A stretch of DNA of 64,000 nt from Octopus vulgaris (lineage: Eukaryota), in contig OX597816.1 of the NCBI GenBank assembly GCA_951406725.2, forward strand, positions 175,460,001 to 175,524,000. Reading direction: 5' to 3'. How positions within the stretch are numbered: position 1 is the first letter of the stretch; each line of letters opens with the position of its first letter. Below, in pieces: positions 13,619 to 24,715 of the stretch. A program made the translations under genes and the position numbers. The notes under the pieces were generated by a model. It worked only from the letters and a program-made list of their open reading frames with translations, searched no databases and was not told the origin of the DNA.

Positions 13619-13702
13619 GTACAGAATTTAATTAAATTAGAAGGACACATAATTTTACTCAAAATCACCAAGAGGATAAAAAGATAGACAAAGAACATGT
13701 TT

Positions 13703-13737
<35 letters not shown>

Positions 13738-13752
13738 TTTATATATATATGT

Positions 13753-13783
<31 letters not shown>

Positions 13784-14062
13784 TTAATAAGGGTGAGAGA
13801 ATTAGATACTAATTTAATAGTATATTTATTCCACACCAAGTGGCCTAGTGCTACGAGAAACCTGGATTATTATAATATTTTATAACATATTATAATATTT
13901 TCACAAAATAAATATAAGAGAGTGTTCACTATATTGATCACTCTAGCACCAGTTAATCCAAGAGGTTTCAACCACGAAAAATACATGTTTCCCATGAAAG
14001 CCGGTACGACTGTTAGCTCACACGGACAGGGCAAATAAAAAATAACAAAAATACAGATTATT

Positions 14063-14138
14063 TTGGGACAATTGTTTCGCTATTAATGAATTAAATGTAA
14101 TATTACTTACAGTAATCCATTTGTAGCTCTTCAGCCAA
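14063..14138 (-). ncRNA. Minimal type I hammerhead ribozyme motif, copy 1
   Basis: ttgg-CTGAAGA-gcta..tagc-GAA-ACAATTGT-C-ccaa; all three stems pair, GUC site. Confidence 0.82.
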
Positions 14139-14596
14139 GACTATCTGGATGAAATCCACTCAATCACACGCCAGATTTTACCATAACGATAAATACGCGT
14201 GCGGTTCAATTGATTACATCGGACGTTATAATTCAAATGCCCCAACCAACAGCGCGCCAAACTCTCACGGAAAACAAATACAGCATTTAGAAATAAATGC
14301 AGCATAATTATAATTAATTAATAAGGGTGAGAGAATTAGATACTAATTTAATAGTATATTTATTCCACACCAAGTGGCCTAGTGCTACGAGAAACCTGGA
14401 TTATTATAATATTTTATAACATATTATAATATTTTCACAAAATAAATATAAGAGAGTGTTCACTATATTGATCACTCTAGCACCAGTTAATCCAAGAGGT
14501 TTCAACCACGAAAAATACATGTTTCCCATGAAAGCCGGTACGACTGTTAGCTCACACGGACAGGGCAAATAAAAAATAACAAAAATACAGATTATT

Positions 14597-14672
14597 TTGG
14601 GACAATTGTTTCGCTATTAATGAATTAAATGTAATATTACTTACAGTAATCCATTTGTAGCTCTTCAGCCAA
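14597..14672 (-). ncRNA. Minimal type I hammerhead ribozyme motif, copy 2
   Basis: Identical to 14063-14138, 534 bp away. Confidence 0.82.
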
Positions 14673-14979
14673 GACTATCTGGATGAAATCCACTCAATCA
14701 CACGCCAGATTTTACCATAACGATAAATACGCGTGCGGTTCAATTGATTACATCGGACGTTATAATTCAAATGCCCCAACCAACAGCGCGCCAAACTCTC
14801 ACGGAAAACAAATACAGCATTTAGAAATAAATGCAGCATAATTATAATTAATTAATAAGGGTTGGGGCATTTGAATTATAACGTCCGATGTAATCAATTG
14901 AACCGCACGCGTATTTATCGTTATGGTAAAATCTGGCGTGTGATTGAGTGGATTTTATATATATTTATATATATATGTA

Positions 14980-15840
14980 AGTACCTTGAGAGAAAAGTTG
15001 GACCTAAGAAGCATCAGATGTGTTGTGCAAGAGAGACGACTGCGCTGGTATGGTCATGTGGCAAGAATGGATGAGGATAGCTGTGTGAAAAAGTGCCACA
15101 CCCTAGTGGTAAACCCAGGACCCTAAGAGGTAGATCCAGGAAGACCTGGGATGAGGTGTTGAAGCATGACCTTCAAACATTAGGCCTCACCGAGGCAATG
15201 ACTAGTGACCGAGACCTTTGGAAATATGCTGTGCTTGAGAAGACCCGGCAAGCCAAATGAGACCATAACCTGTGGCCTATGCCAGGAGCGTAACCAGCCC
15301 ACTTATGCATACCTTTCCTTCATTGGACACTAAACTCTGTTTGTGAAGACCTGTTGAGGTAAGTGAAATCGAAATCAAAATCAATGACTGGTATCCATGC
15401 TAGTGGAGCACTAAGAGCACCATCCGAGCATGATCATTGCCGGAACAGCAAACTGGCTTCCGTGCCGGTGGTTCATAAAAACCACCATTTGAGTGTGATC
15501 ATTACCAGCGACGCCTTACTGGCACTTGTGCTGGTGGCACGTAAAAAAACATTCGAGCGAGGTTGTTGTCAGTGCCGCTGGACTGGCTCCTGTGCAGGTG
15601 GCACGTAAAAAACACCATTTAAGCATGGTTGTTGCCAGTACTGCCTAACTGGCCCTCGTGCTGGTAGCACATAAAAGCACCCACTACACTCTCAGAGTGG
15701 TTGGTGTTAGGAAGGGCATCCAGCTGTAGAAACTCTGCCAGATCAGATTAGAGCCTGGTGCAACCATCTGTTTTGGCAGTCCTCAGTCAAATCGTCCAAC
15801 ACATGCTAGCATGGAAAGCGGACGTTAAACGATGATGATG
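14980..15840 (+). mobile_element. RTE-clade LINE 3' end (ORF C-terminus, 3' UTR with degenerate ~62-bp repeats, (GAT)n tail)
   Basis: ERRLRWYGHVARM...RKTWDEV..HDL..LGLTEAMTSDRDLW, then UTR ending catgctagcatggaaagcggacgttaaacgatgatgatg. Confidence 0.85.
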
Positions 15841-16610
15841 ATATATATTTTATATATGTCTAAAAGTTAATGATCACCTTGATTTTCTTATTGCTCTATT
15901 ATATATATATAATTTGTAAGTTCTGTCTACTGCTGCCAAAGTTGGTACGTTGGTACAGCTTTGTATGTTTTTACCAAAAAATTGACTGTATTGTACGTTT
16001 TAGAGATTTTAAATTTGAATATTGTTTCTGTTTTATATGTATTTTCATCAATTTCAATTCTTCTAAGAAAAACCAGTATTTTTCTCTATTTTTGCAGTTG
16101 TGACATATTTCAAAAATATTTTGTATGTTTTGGCATGGAATTCTGTACGTTTTTCGAAAAAGCTTTGGTAGTGTTGGTCATTAGACTAGAAAATAAGTGT
16201 TCTTAGAATAAGGAAGCATTCACACCCTGAGCAACACCAGGTACCTCTGCTAGTTATAATTAGTTCTCTGATTTTGTAATGTGTTTCATAATGGCAGTCA
16301 TGTATGTCATCATACAAGAGATAAAAATCTTATCTAACCCAGGTCAATTAAGGCCGACCTGATAACAGGTATAAATGAATCGTGCACCTAAACAGAAGTG
16401 GGACATGTGCAATGAGAAACAGCAGGAAGGGTAATGACATACAGGTGGATATTATTTCATCAGTCTCTCACCTTCAATACAAATGAAAAGCTATAAACAT
16501 ATAAAACTTGCACAAAATGAAAGCTAAAATATTTACACATAAGAAACACAATGAATCATGCCTAACTTATACATAAAGTTGCTCAGAGAATTCATATATA
16601 TATATACATG

Positions 16611-16663
<53 letters not shown>

Positions 16664-17285
16664 TAAATCTATAACAACCAGGAAGATAAACTAGAAACAT
16701 TTAAGCACTTGTTTTTCCACTCCCTTGAACTATTCTGAACTGTCTAACACTAGGAGACAATAAAACAACTTTCCTGTGAACAAATCTCCTTTTTTTACCT
16801 TCAGGCCTAGCCTTCACCTAACCACCACTATCTTTGGTGCTGCCAGATAGACTGATCACTGCCTAATCAAGACAACATACTTCAACTATCCAACTACATA
16901 CTCTCTGATCCTTGAATCCTCTATTACTTCAAGACATTTAACTTGAAGTTATGCCAATTCTACACTGACTACTCCCTGATACAAATATGCTAAGCAGGTA
17001 TGCCTCACCAAACTCCTTGCGTAAAACCGAGTGTCTGATTAATACTATAATATGATCATGAAAATAAAAGCATATGTGAAGTGAAAATGGTTAATGTAAA
17101 TGGTACGTAACTATACGTTGCAGAAATAGCAGAATAAAAATATGTAGATTGTGCTATGAAGTAACTAGTATAAGATTTTGCTGACGTTTTTCTATTTCAT
17201 TGTACAAAGAAACAAGATTTTTTCCCCATCTACTGAGTTACTGGTTTGACAAGATAGGAATTCAGGGAAGAGTACATTAGAATAT

Positions 17286-17812
17286 TAAGGTGATCCTTGA
17301 ATATAGCGATTAACAGTGGGTTTTTTTTTTCATTTTTGTGACTAGGTGTCGAAGTGGGGTTACTGGATCGTGTGAATTATCCGAGTCCGAACCCCATCCG
17401 CCCACCGTCACAAAAATTGAAAAAAATTGTGTAAAATAAGGTGTAGTAAATGAATACGAAGAAAAGAAAATTTCGCCGACGAACGGGAAAGTGGTGACAG
17501 AACTCGGAACATTCCCGATGAGAATTTTCCGAGTCCTCTCCCCTACCGGCGCGCATTTTTTTTTGATATACGTTTTACACCTATTGCACTATTTTTTTTT
17601 TTTTTTTTTGCTCGGATCAAACATCGGAGTTTGACCCGATCTACTTTGACTTCGTCAAACAGCGATAATCATTTTGTCGTTTTGCTTGGCGATCTGGGAC
17701 TAAGAAAGCAAATATTTATTTTTGCATTTTATTTTTCTTCGAATAAAAGCATTGCGCAGATTTTCGCAGTTAGAAAGAGTAAAAGTAGACAGCCATAATC
17801 AAGGATCACCTT
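17286..17812. mobile_element. MITE with terminal inverted repeats
   Basis: taaggtgatccttga...tcaaggatcacctta. Confidence 0.55.
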
Positions 17813-17981
17813 ACTTTGGGATAATGCAGGTACTTTTACGGAGTTTCACGGAAATAAATGTAAAAGTCAGGCTAGCTAGATTTGAGTAGGAGCACTGACA
17901 TACCAAACAAGATACATGAGCTTTGTTTAGCTTTTTCAAGACCCGGTTATTTCCTTCCTTCATCATAATTAGGGCGTTCAT

Positions 17982-18570
17982 TATTATTATTATTGAGTGA
18001 GAGAGCAGTGCATGCCATCAAAGTGACACTGGGGTAAAATATACGAGGCCCAGTATACCCATCATCACTACCCGTCTGATAAGGGTACACCAGGCACATG
18101 CATCACAACCATATGTGCGCGACATGGTGATCTCATATCAAGATAAACAGCGCAAGACCTTACAGGTGGGGCTCCAGTTAGCATTTTCTTCAGGTCAAGT
18201 AGCCCATCTCGCTCAAAAGGTCCCTGAATAAGGGTTGTTTAAGGATGTTGAACGAAACAACCGTGTTTCTTAAGGTGAATTATCCAAACCTCTAAGAATT
18301 CCTTTCAACACACAGCTATGATGCTCCCCACTACTTCTGCTTGTGATCAGAGATGCACATATCGTCAGCCACTAAGGGACATGCTCAACTGGTTAAGGTC
18401 AAACAACTGACAAGCAAATCTGTGGTATTGAGCAGAATATTTACTGTAGCCCATCTTTTATACCAAGACAAAACAATGTACATGATAACACTTCCAATCA
18501 GTTAAGATCAGAAGCCATGAGAGCCACTGCCTGGTACTGCATCAGGGCATTTATTATTATTATTATTATT
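17982..18570 (-). mobile_element. Probable retroposon inserted in (ATT)n
   Basis: ~560-bp GC-richer block bounded on both sides by (ATT)n. Confidence 0.45.
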
Positions 18571-18893
18571 ATGCTGGGATTACGCCGAGGTCGACTTTGT
18601 TTATCATCCTTTCGGGGATGGTCAAATAAGGACCGCTTGGGTAATCGACTAACCCCTTTCTTTAAAATTGCAGGTCTTGTGCCAAAATTAGAAGGAATTA
18701 TAAATAATAATAATTAATGCTTTTGGATATTTTTAGCTTTCAAAACCGTTTTCTTTCACAAGAGTCTCAGTAATGGAAAGCTCTGCCTGACTCGGTTCTG
18801 CTGAGAATTACCGGTTCTGCAGACACGTTGGCACAAGTTCCTTCATTAAACGTTAATTACAGAATAAAAATGAAAAATAATGGCATTTCTCAC

Positions 18894-18903
18894 CGCTGGA
18901 CAT
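18894..18903 (-). CDS. NARS1: Asparaginyl-tRNA synthetase, probable first coding exon (MSS-G)
   Basis: caacATGTCCAGCG|GTGAGA; the 10-nt phase-1 end fits exon 2; CpG-richer unique context with CGGAAGT just upstream. Confidence 0.72.
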
Positions 18904-19080
18904 GTTGAGCACCGACTTCCGTGACCAGTCAATCGAAGGAAAAGATTAATGAAACAGAAAGTGCAAGAAATACACTTTTATACCAAAAGGATGATGCAAC
19001 AAGCCACCAGATTTCGCTCGACAGGAAATATACACAAGCACGGTGCCCGTTTTATTGTGAACACTACAAATAGTGGTCCG
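18904..19080 (-). promoter_or_regulatory. Putative NARS1 5' UTR / core promoter
   Basis: Non-repetitive CpG-containing sequence upstream of the ATG; ETS-like CGGAAGT at about 18915-18921 (minus). Confidence 0.45.
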
Positions 19081-19213
19081 GACAAAATTCTGCTAGCTTA
19101 TCGCCGCTATGTAAATACATAGCGGCGATAAGCCAGCAGAATTTTGTCCGTCTTTACGTTCCGAGTTCAAATTCCGCCGAAGTCAATCCTTTCAAGGTCA
19201 ATGAAATAAGTAC

Positions 19214-19445
19214 CTATTTCTTTATTACCCACAAGGGGCTAAACATAGAGGGGACAAACAAGGACAGACATGGGTATTAAGTCGATTACATCGACCCCAG
19301 TGCGTAACTGGTACTTAATTTATCGACCCCGAAAGGATGAAAGGCAAAGTCGACCTCGGCGGAATTTGAACTCACAACGTAACGCAGACGAAATACCGCT
19401 AAGCATTTCGCCCGGCGCGCTAACGTTTCTGCCAGCTCGCCGCCT
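19214..19445 (-). mobile_element. SINE (family B), nested in another family-B copy
   Basis: Reverse complement starts ggcggcgagctggcagaa; related copies near 3050, 5500, 42765, 58465-58672, 59400; aatgaaataagta duplicated at the flanks. Confidence 0.75.
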
Positions 19446-20124
19446 TCAATGAAATAAGTAGCAGTTGAGTCCTGGATTCAATGGAGCCAAAAATTTGAAA
19501 TCAGCATTTACTAAGATGGATTGAAAGATCCATGGGCCGCCAAGGATAAGTTGATGTTTGAGGAGATTGCTTGGGGGAATTCGGATTTAAGCATCCCATA
19601 TAACTTTTTTTTTTTACCTTTGGGGATTTTCAGAAAAAGTTTTGAGGGAATTCATACAATTAAGAAGAGAAAACACTTTTTAAAAAAATTTTTAAAACCC
19701 TTCCCACACCAAATCCTAAAACTTCCATTCTTTTTCGAATTTTTTATTTTAATCTAAGTTTAAAATCCGGAAAGTCTGAATTTTTTGCTTAAATCCTAGC
19801 AATTGACCACCCTTGGGTGCATCGTCATTCCATTAAATGTGTTACTGGGGAGAAAAATATTGAAAAACATTAATACATGTCCGAGTGACAACGAAACGAG
19901 GAAGGTATTAAGTAGTCGTGAAATATGCTCAGTTAAATCGCCTTTAAATTACACACAAAAAATAATTTTCCCCATAATTGTTTGAATCAGTGTGTGTAGA
20001 ACTCAAATCCGCAAGAATTTTTTGAAAACTCCAAAAAATACAATTGGATGAGGGGTTATATGGGGTGTTTCAATCAGAATTCCGCCGATAGTTTTATTTA
20101 TACTAGCTTGATATCTGAAAATAG

Positions 20125-21179
20125 TTTTCTGTTTGATGGACGGAATTTTCTAGTTAACTAAACAATTTGAAACTTCGTAAACTGGTAGAATGTGTCAAAA
20201 GAAAACATTATTGAAAACAAAATTGTAATTTGTAACTTAAACGTAGTTTAATTTTACGAATTTTAACCAATGAAATCCCAGCATCTTCGAATTTTAACCA
20301 ATGAAATCCCAGCATTGCTGCGTTATCGATATTGATAAACATGCAGACGCACGACACACACACACACACGCACATTTGCACAAGCACATAGTAATTAATA
20401 TATAAGCGTACACACACATACAAACCGAGATATACATACACACACAAGCATACATACACGTTCGTGAGTTGCCCCTTGCCGTAACAGATTTACACAAAAG
20501 GTAAATAAACCAGAAGTGGGGGGGGGGGGTCAATGTTTCATCGTTTCGGGGTCGATAAATTAAGTACCAATTACGCACTGGTGTCGAGGATTTTTTCCCT
20601 AATTTATATCACAGTTTCCGACAAGCTGGGGCATCCTTTTATGAAAAAATATTTCGAAAATTTTTACAAATGGCGGTGCCCCAGCATGGCCACAGCTCGT
20701 GAGCTGAAACTAGATAAAATAAAAAATAAAAATAATACGACTCACACTCCACGCGCAAACTCTAGACCGATTTAGGCATATTATTGTTTTGTTTTTGTTG
20801 TTTCTGGCCCTTCAAAACCATGGGAGAAGCCTTTTCGGTAAAAAAAAAATAAAGAAAATATTCAAAAAATATCGTTAATATTTTTATTGGGCGACGAAAT
20901 TCATCGATTTAATAGATATAGCTGTTATTTCTAGCACATGTAGAAGACAGAAGAGAGAGAAATGATGAATAAGACTAGTGCGTGTGAGATTTTAGACGCA
21001 GCAAATAATTTTAGCTCGAATGCTGCGATTTCATTGGTTAAAATTCGTAGAATTAAACTACGTTCAAGTTACGAATTACAATTTTGTTTACAATAATGTT
21101 TTCTTTTGACACATTCTACCAGTATACGAAGTTTCAAATTGTTTAGTTAACTAGAAAATTCCGTCCATCAAACAGAAAA
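20125..21179. mobile_element. MITE / non-autonomous DNA transposon with ~155-bp TIRs
   Basis: ttttctgtttgatggacggaattttctagttaactaaac... at 20125 is the reverse complement of about 21025-21179. Confidence 0.8.
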
Positions 21180-21189
21180 GATCCACAAT

Positions 21190-21405
21190 TTCCATTGATG
21201 TTGATCAATTTCGATTTTCACTCGCCTCAACAGGTCTTCACAAGTAGAGTTTTGTGTCCCAAGAAGGAAAGGTATCCATAAGTGGACTGGCTACATCCCA
21301 GGTAGAGGCTACGGGTTATGGTCTCACTTGTCCTGCCGGGTCTTCTCACGCACAGCATACTACCAAAGGTCTCGGTCACTAGTCATTTCCTCGGTGAGGC
21401 CTATT
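21190..21405 (-). mobile_element. RTE LINE fragment (ORF end and start of 3' UTR)
   Basis: GLTEEMTSDRDLW; homologous to 15180-15380 and about 9965-10120. Confidence 0.75.
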
Positions 21406-21754
21406 ATTTTAAAGTTTGTCTCTGTTGTAATTTTGAGCCTGAGGAATTTGAGGGTATAGGTTAGGTCCTTCCTGTGCCTGTCGAGGGCATGGCTGTTTCC
21501 CCCTCTTGAAAATGCCAAGGCATCGTCCCTGAGTGGGAACACACACATACACAGAGATAGATAGATGGGTAGAAGACGCTACACATTTCCAACCAGCATG
21601 TCTAAAGAGTTGGCAATATTGCCTAGGAGCAATAGTTGGTGTGAAACTGGCAGTAATATTTTGCCATAACCAGTAATATACTGTTCGACGATATATTACT
21701 GCTGTTTCACTCTTACCGAGTGTCCTTTTTTTGTGACATAAAGCCAAATAGCTG

Positions 21755-21793
<39 letters not shown>

Positions 21794-21864
21794 GTGACCG
21801 CGTGTGTACCGTTGGCGATTTTTTTTCCTCCGTCTTCCCTTCTCTGGATCTTTCCTTTTCCTAT

Positions 21865-21899
21865 GTTTCTGACGAAGAGCTCCGCTCGAAACGTTAAAC
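21865..21899 (+). ncRNA. Very short hammerhead ribozyme motif in a ~200-bp element flanked by (TA)n
   Basis: gttt-CTGACGA-a-gagc-tcc-gctc-GAA-ACGT-T-aaac. Confidence 0.65.
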
Positions 21900-23499
21900 C
21901 CTCCTTCTTCCCTTCCTTCCTGAGCCTCCAATAATACTATATTTGTTCTACGTCCTCACGTTGTTGTGTTTTCATGTTTGGATTAACTATATATAGCTGG
22001 CTAATTGTAGTATTTTATATATAAATATGGATGATAAATCAAATTAATACACTTGTCAATGTCATCCAGTGGTTGTCTTTTGAGATGTGACATCAACCAT
22101 CGTTTGTTCCTGAAATAGTGCGAGTTCACACATACGAACATTCACACATCTCCCTTTTACACACACACACAGTTGAAATGCTCCCACTAGTAGTTCGCCA
22201 TCACCCCTTCCTTTCTCATCCATACGTTGTGACGGAGAAAAACACAAGTGTATTCTTCTAGTAGATTCTAGTGTTCTCGTGATCTCACTCGCTCCTCAAA
22301 ATTGGCTTTCTGCTTCTAAATTTGAGGGCATACTCATCAATAACCATTCCCATGTTGCCTATTCCTGTTCTTCGTAGTTCTGCGAGAGAAATTCTTGATG
22401 ATCTCCCCTCTGCTGTGTGATTCCGTTTCCTCTATTCCTTCATTGCTCTCTCTCTCTCTTCTCTCAATCGCTCCGACGAAGGGTAGTGCTCGAAAAATGT
22501 TTCTTTTCTCACGGTTAACTAATCTATAACACTTGCGAATTATTCTATTGAAGGTCACGGTTGAAATATCTTTGAATATGGGTCTACTTGATCAGAGCTG
22601 GTATGTGATAAACAACAATCGAGTCAATGAGGGTACCTTTATGTTGTTACTCGAGTCCTTTAAGAATAATACCCAAATCTACATCAAATCAAAACTTATT
22701 GTTCTGAAGAAAGACACTGGATAATGTAATCTTTCATACAGTATGTTTGGGCAATCAATCTGAATAAGTCTGAAACTTGTCAAGATTCGTTCGTTCGTTT
22801 CCCTGTTGTCAACTATAAACACATGAAATATTATTACTAATACAGCCTTTTGTAGAATGTAGATTGTCACACTTTAAACTTGAGAAAAGCCTTGCATATT
22901 TATAAAGTGCGAGTTATGTATGTATTTTTGCATTTTTGTGCATGTGTGGAGGCGGCCAGGGTTCCTTCCTACATCTGTGGATGTAAAATCCAAGAAGAAA
23001 ACGAAATCAACGTCGAAAAATCGGTATTAGTGATAATATTTCATGTCACGCACAGGGAAACTAACGGGGATGGTTAACAGCCTTTAATTGAGGCCCTGAT
23101 TTATCAAACCCACCTGATTATATTTGGCCATGCTAATCTTTTTACGCATTTTTTTACAGCCTTGATTTCTTTCTTTCTCTTTTCGTTTTGAACATCAGAT
23201 TCAGAATCTGAAACTAACAGCATTTAAAATTTTCAGAAAGTAAAACAACTAATGCTAAAAGATGTAGACTAAATATACCTATATTCTTCAAAGGTAAACA
23301 AAATATATGATTACAGATAGTTACTGCAATCTTTATCAGATTCTGATTAAAAGAAAAAAATAATTACAGAGATGTACTTGCATAGCAAGTGACTTGATGT
23401 GAGATCGTGTGCTGAAACAAAAACAACTGCAGCGTGGAAGATATTTGCAAGAACACGCAAAAGCCGTTAGTTTTACTTCAACACGCAATTTTCATTTGT

Positions 23500-23544
23500 G
23501 TCAAAATATTTTCGTCGCTTTGAAACCACGACCTGTTCACTGAT
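23500..23544 (-). ncRNA. Hammerhead-like motif with G3/C8 variant core, in repeat 23365-23550 (same family as 62540-62881)
   Basis: atca-GTGAACA-g-gtcgt..gcgac-GAA-AATATT-T-tgac. Confidence 0.5.
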
Positions 23545-24309
23545 AAAACTTGGCAAAGAAACCCGAAGACCCTTTGTCAATAAAAAAAAAAAAGAATAGT
23601 ACTTAGATAAGAAGTGTCAATAGTAGTCTGTTGCTTCGTTTGCCGCAGTTTCTGCGCACGCACCCGGCCAGGGCTAGATTTTGCACGAAGTCTTAATCAG
23701 CGGCTCCGACTGCAATCAGCTTTTTAAAACATTTCAGTTCCGTCACGTGTAATTCGTCCACGTCTGTCTGAGGTAATTTCACCATTCATCAATGTTTAGA
23801 ATCTTGGGTTTATGTACCAGATCAGGATTTTTCTCCTGTCTAATAATTGTGTGTATGTACACTGTAGTTGTTTAACCTTAGTGTAACGCTAATTAAATAC
23901 CTCTTTGGTCAAAGGTGTTTCATCCTTGAACGTATCTGTTTTTGTGTATTAAGGGCTGTAGTCTCCGATGTGTGCTTCCTGTTTTCGGACTACGGCATGT
24001 GTAAATCACGCACTCTCTTTTATAGAAAGGTTCTCGCTGGATTCACGTGTTTGTTAGCGTCGACTGTTTAAGTTGCTTACTGTGTTACCTATATATATAG
24101 ATAAATTTCCTCTATTTACATAATATTGAGGTCTCTTTCTTTCTTTTGTTATCTTACCGTTTTTACCAATATATATATATATATTTAACAATTAAGGATA
24201 ACTTCTTAATAAGGAATCTTAACAAGAAATTATCAGGCAGATAGCGTGAAAAACCTAAGAGAAAAATTTCGAAAATAATTCTTTCTTATTGAACATATTA
24301 ATTTATATT

Positions 24310-24613
24310 ATATAGAGGGCATTATTACACATAAATGCCTCACGCTAAGAGGGACATCAGTCATTTCTACCAAAAATTTTACTAATCATACCCAATGCAG
24401 TTTTTCAAAGCAAGACATAAAAAAAATAAGACTAAATTCATTTTTTAAATGTCTTGCTTTGAAAAACTGCATTGATTGATTGATTGATTCTAGTTTCAGC
24501 TTATGAGCTGTGGCCATGCTGGGGCACCGCCATTGGGTATGATTAGTAAAGTTTTTGGTAGAAATGACTTATGTCCCTCTTAGCGTGAGGCATTTATATG
24601 TAATAATGCCCTC

Positions 24614-24618
<5 letters not shown>
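24310..24618. repeat. ~115-bp-arm inverted repeat (probable PLE end) with a short SINE-tail insertion in the right arm
   Basis: tatagagggcattattac.. / ..gtaataatgccctctata; insertion about 24475-24530 flanked by duplicated cattg; (TA)n flanks. Confidence 0.7.
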
Positions 24619-24653
<35 letters not shown>

Positions 24654-24682
24654 TGGAATAATTTTACGCGAGTGCGTGTATG

Positions 24683-24715
<33 letters not shown>

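Larger units (their letters stand above)
11500..13700 (-). mobile_element. Decayed Penelope-like retroelement (possibly Hydra clade)
   Basis: Minus-strand peptides FSQKDIP..IRQVRWIA..KSRKNPPP..FEK..VPADKTRN and LKDHKENF..P.VRLI.P.K.DIG..SK.ILD resemble the PLE RT N-terminal region; hammerhead motif near each end; (TA)n on both sides. Confidence 0.75.
13775..14955 (-). mobile_element. Two 534-bp tandem copies plus inverted partial copy; PLE pseudo-LTR / retrozyme-like array
   Basis: aataagggt anchor recurs with G at 13791, 14325, 14859; 14860-14953 is the reverse complement of about 14690-14781; inserted in (TA)n. Confidence 0.85.

Noticed and set aside
17380-17660. CpG-rich patch as a promoter
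   Set aside because: Lies inside a TIR-bounded MITE (17286-17812)
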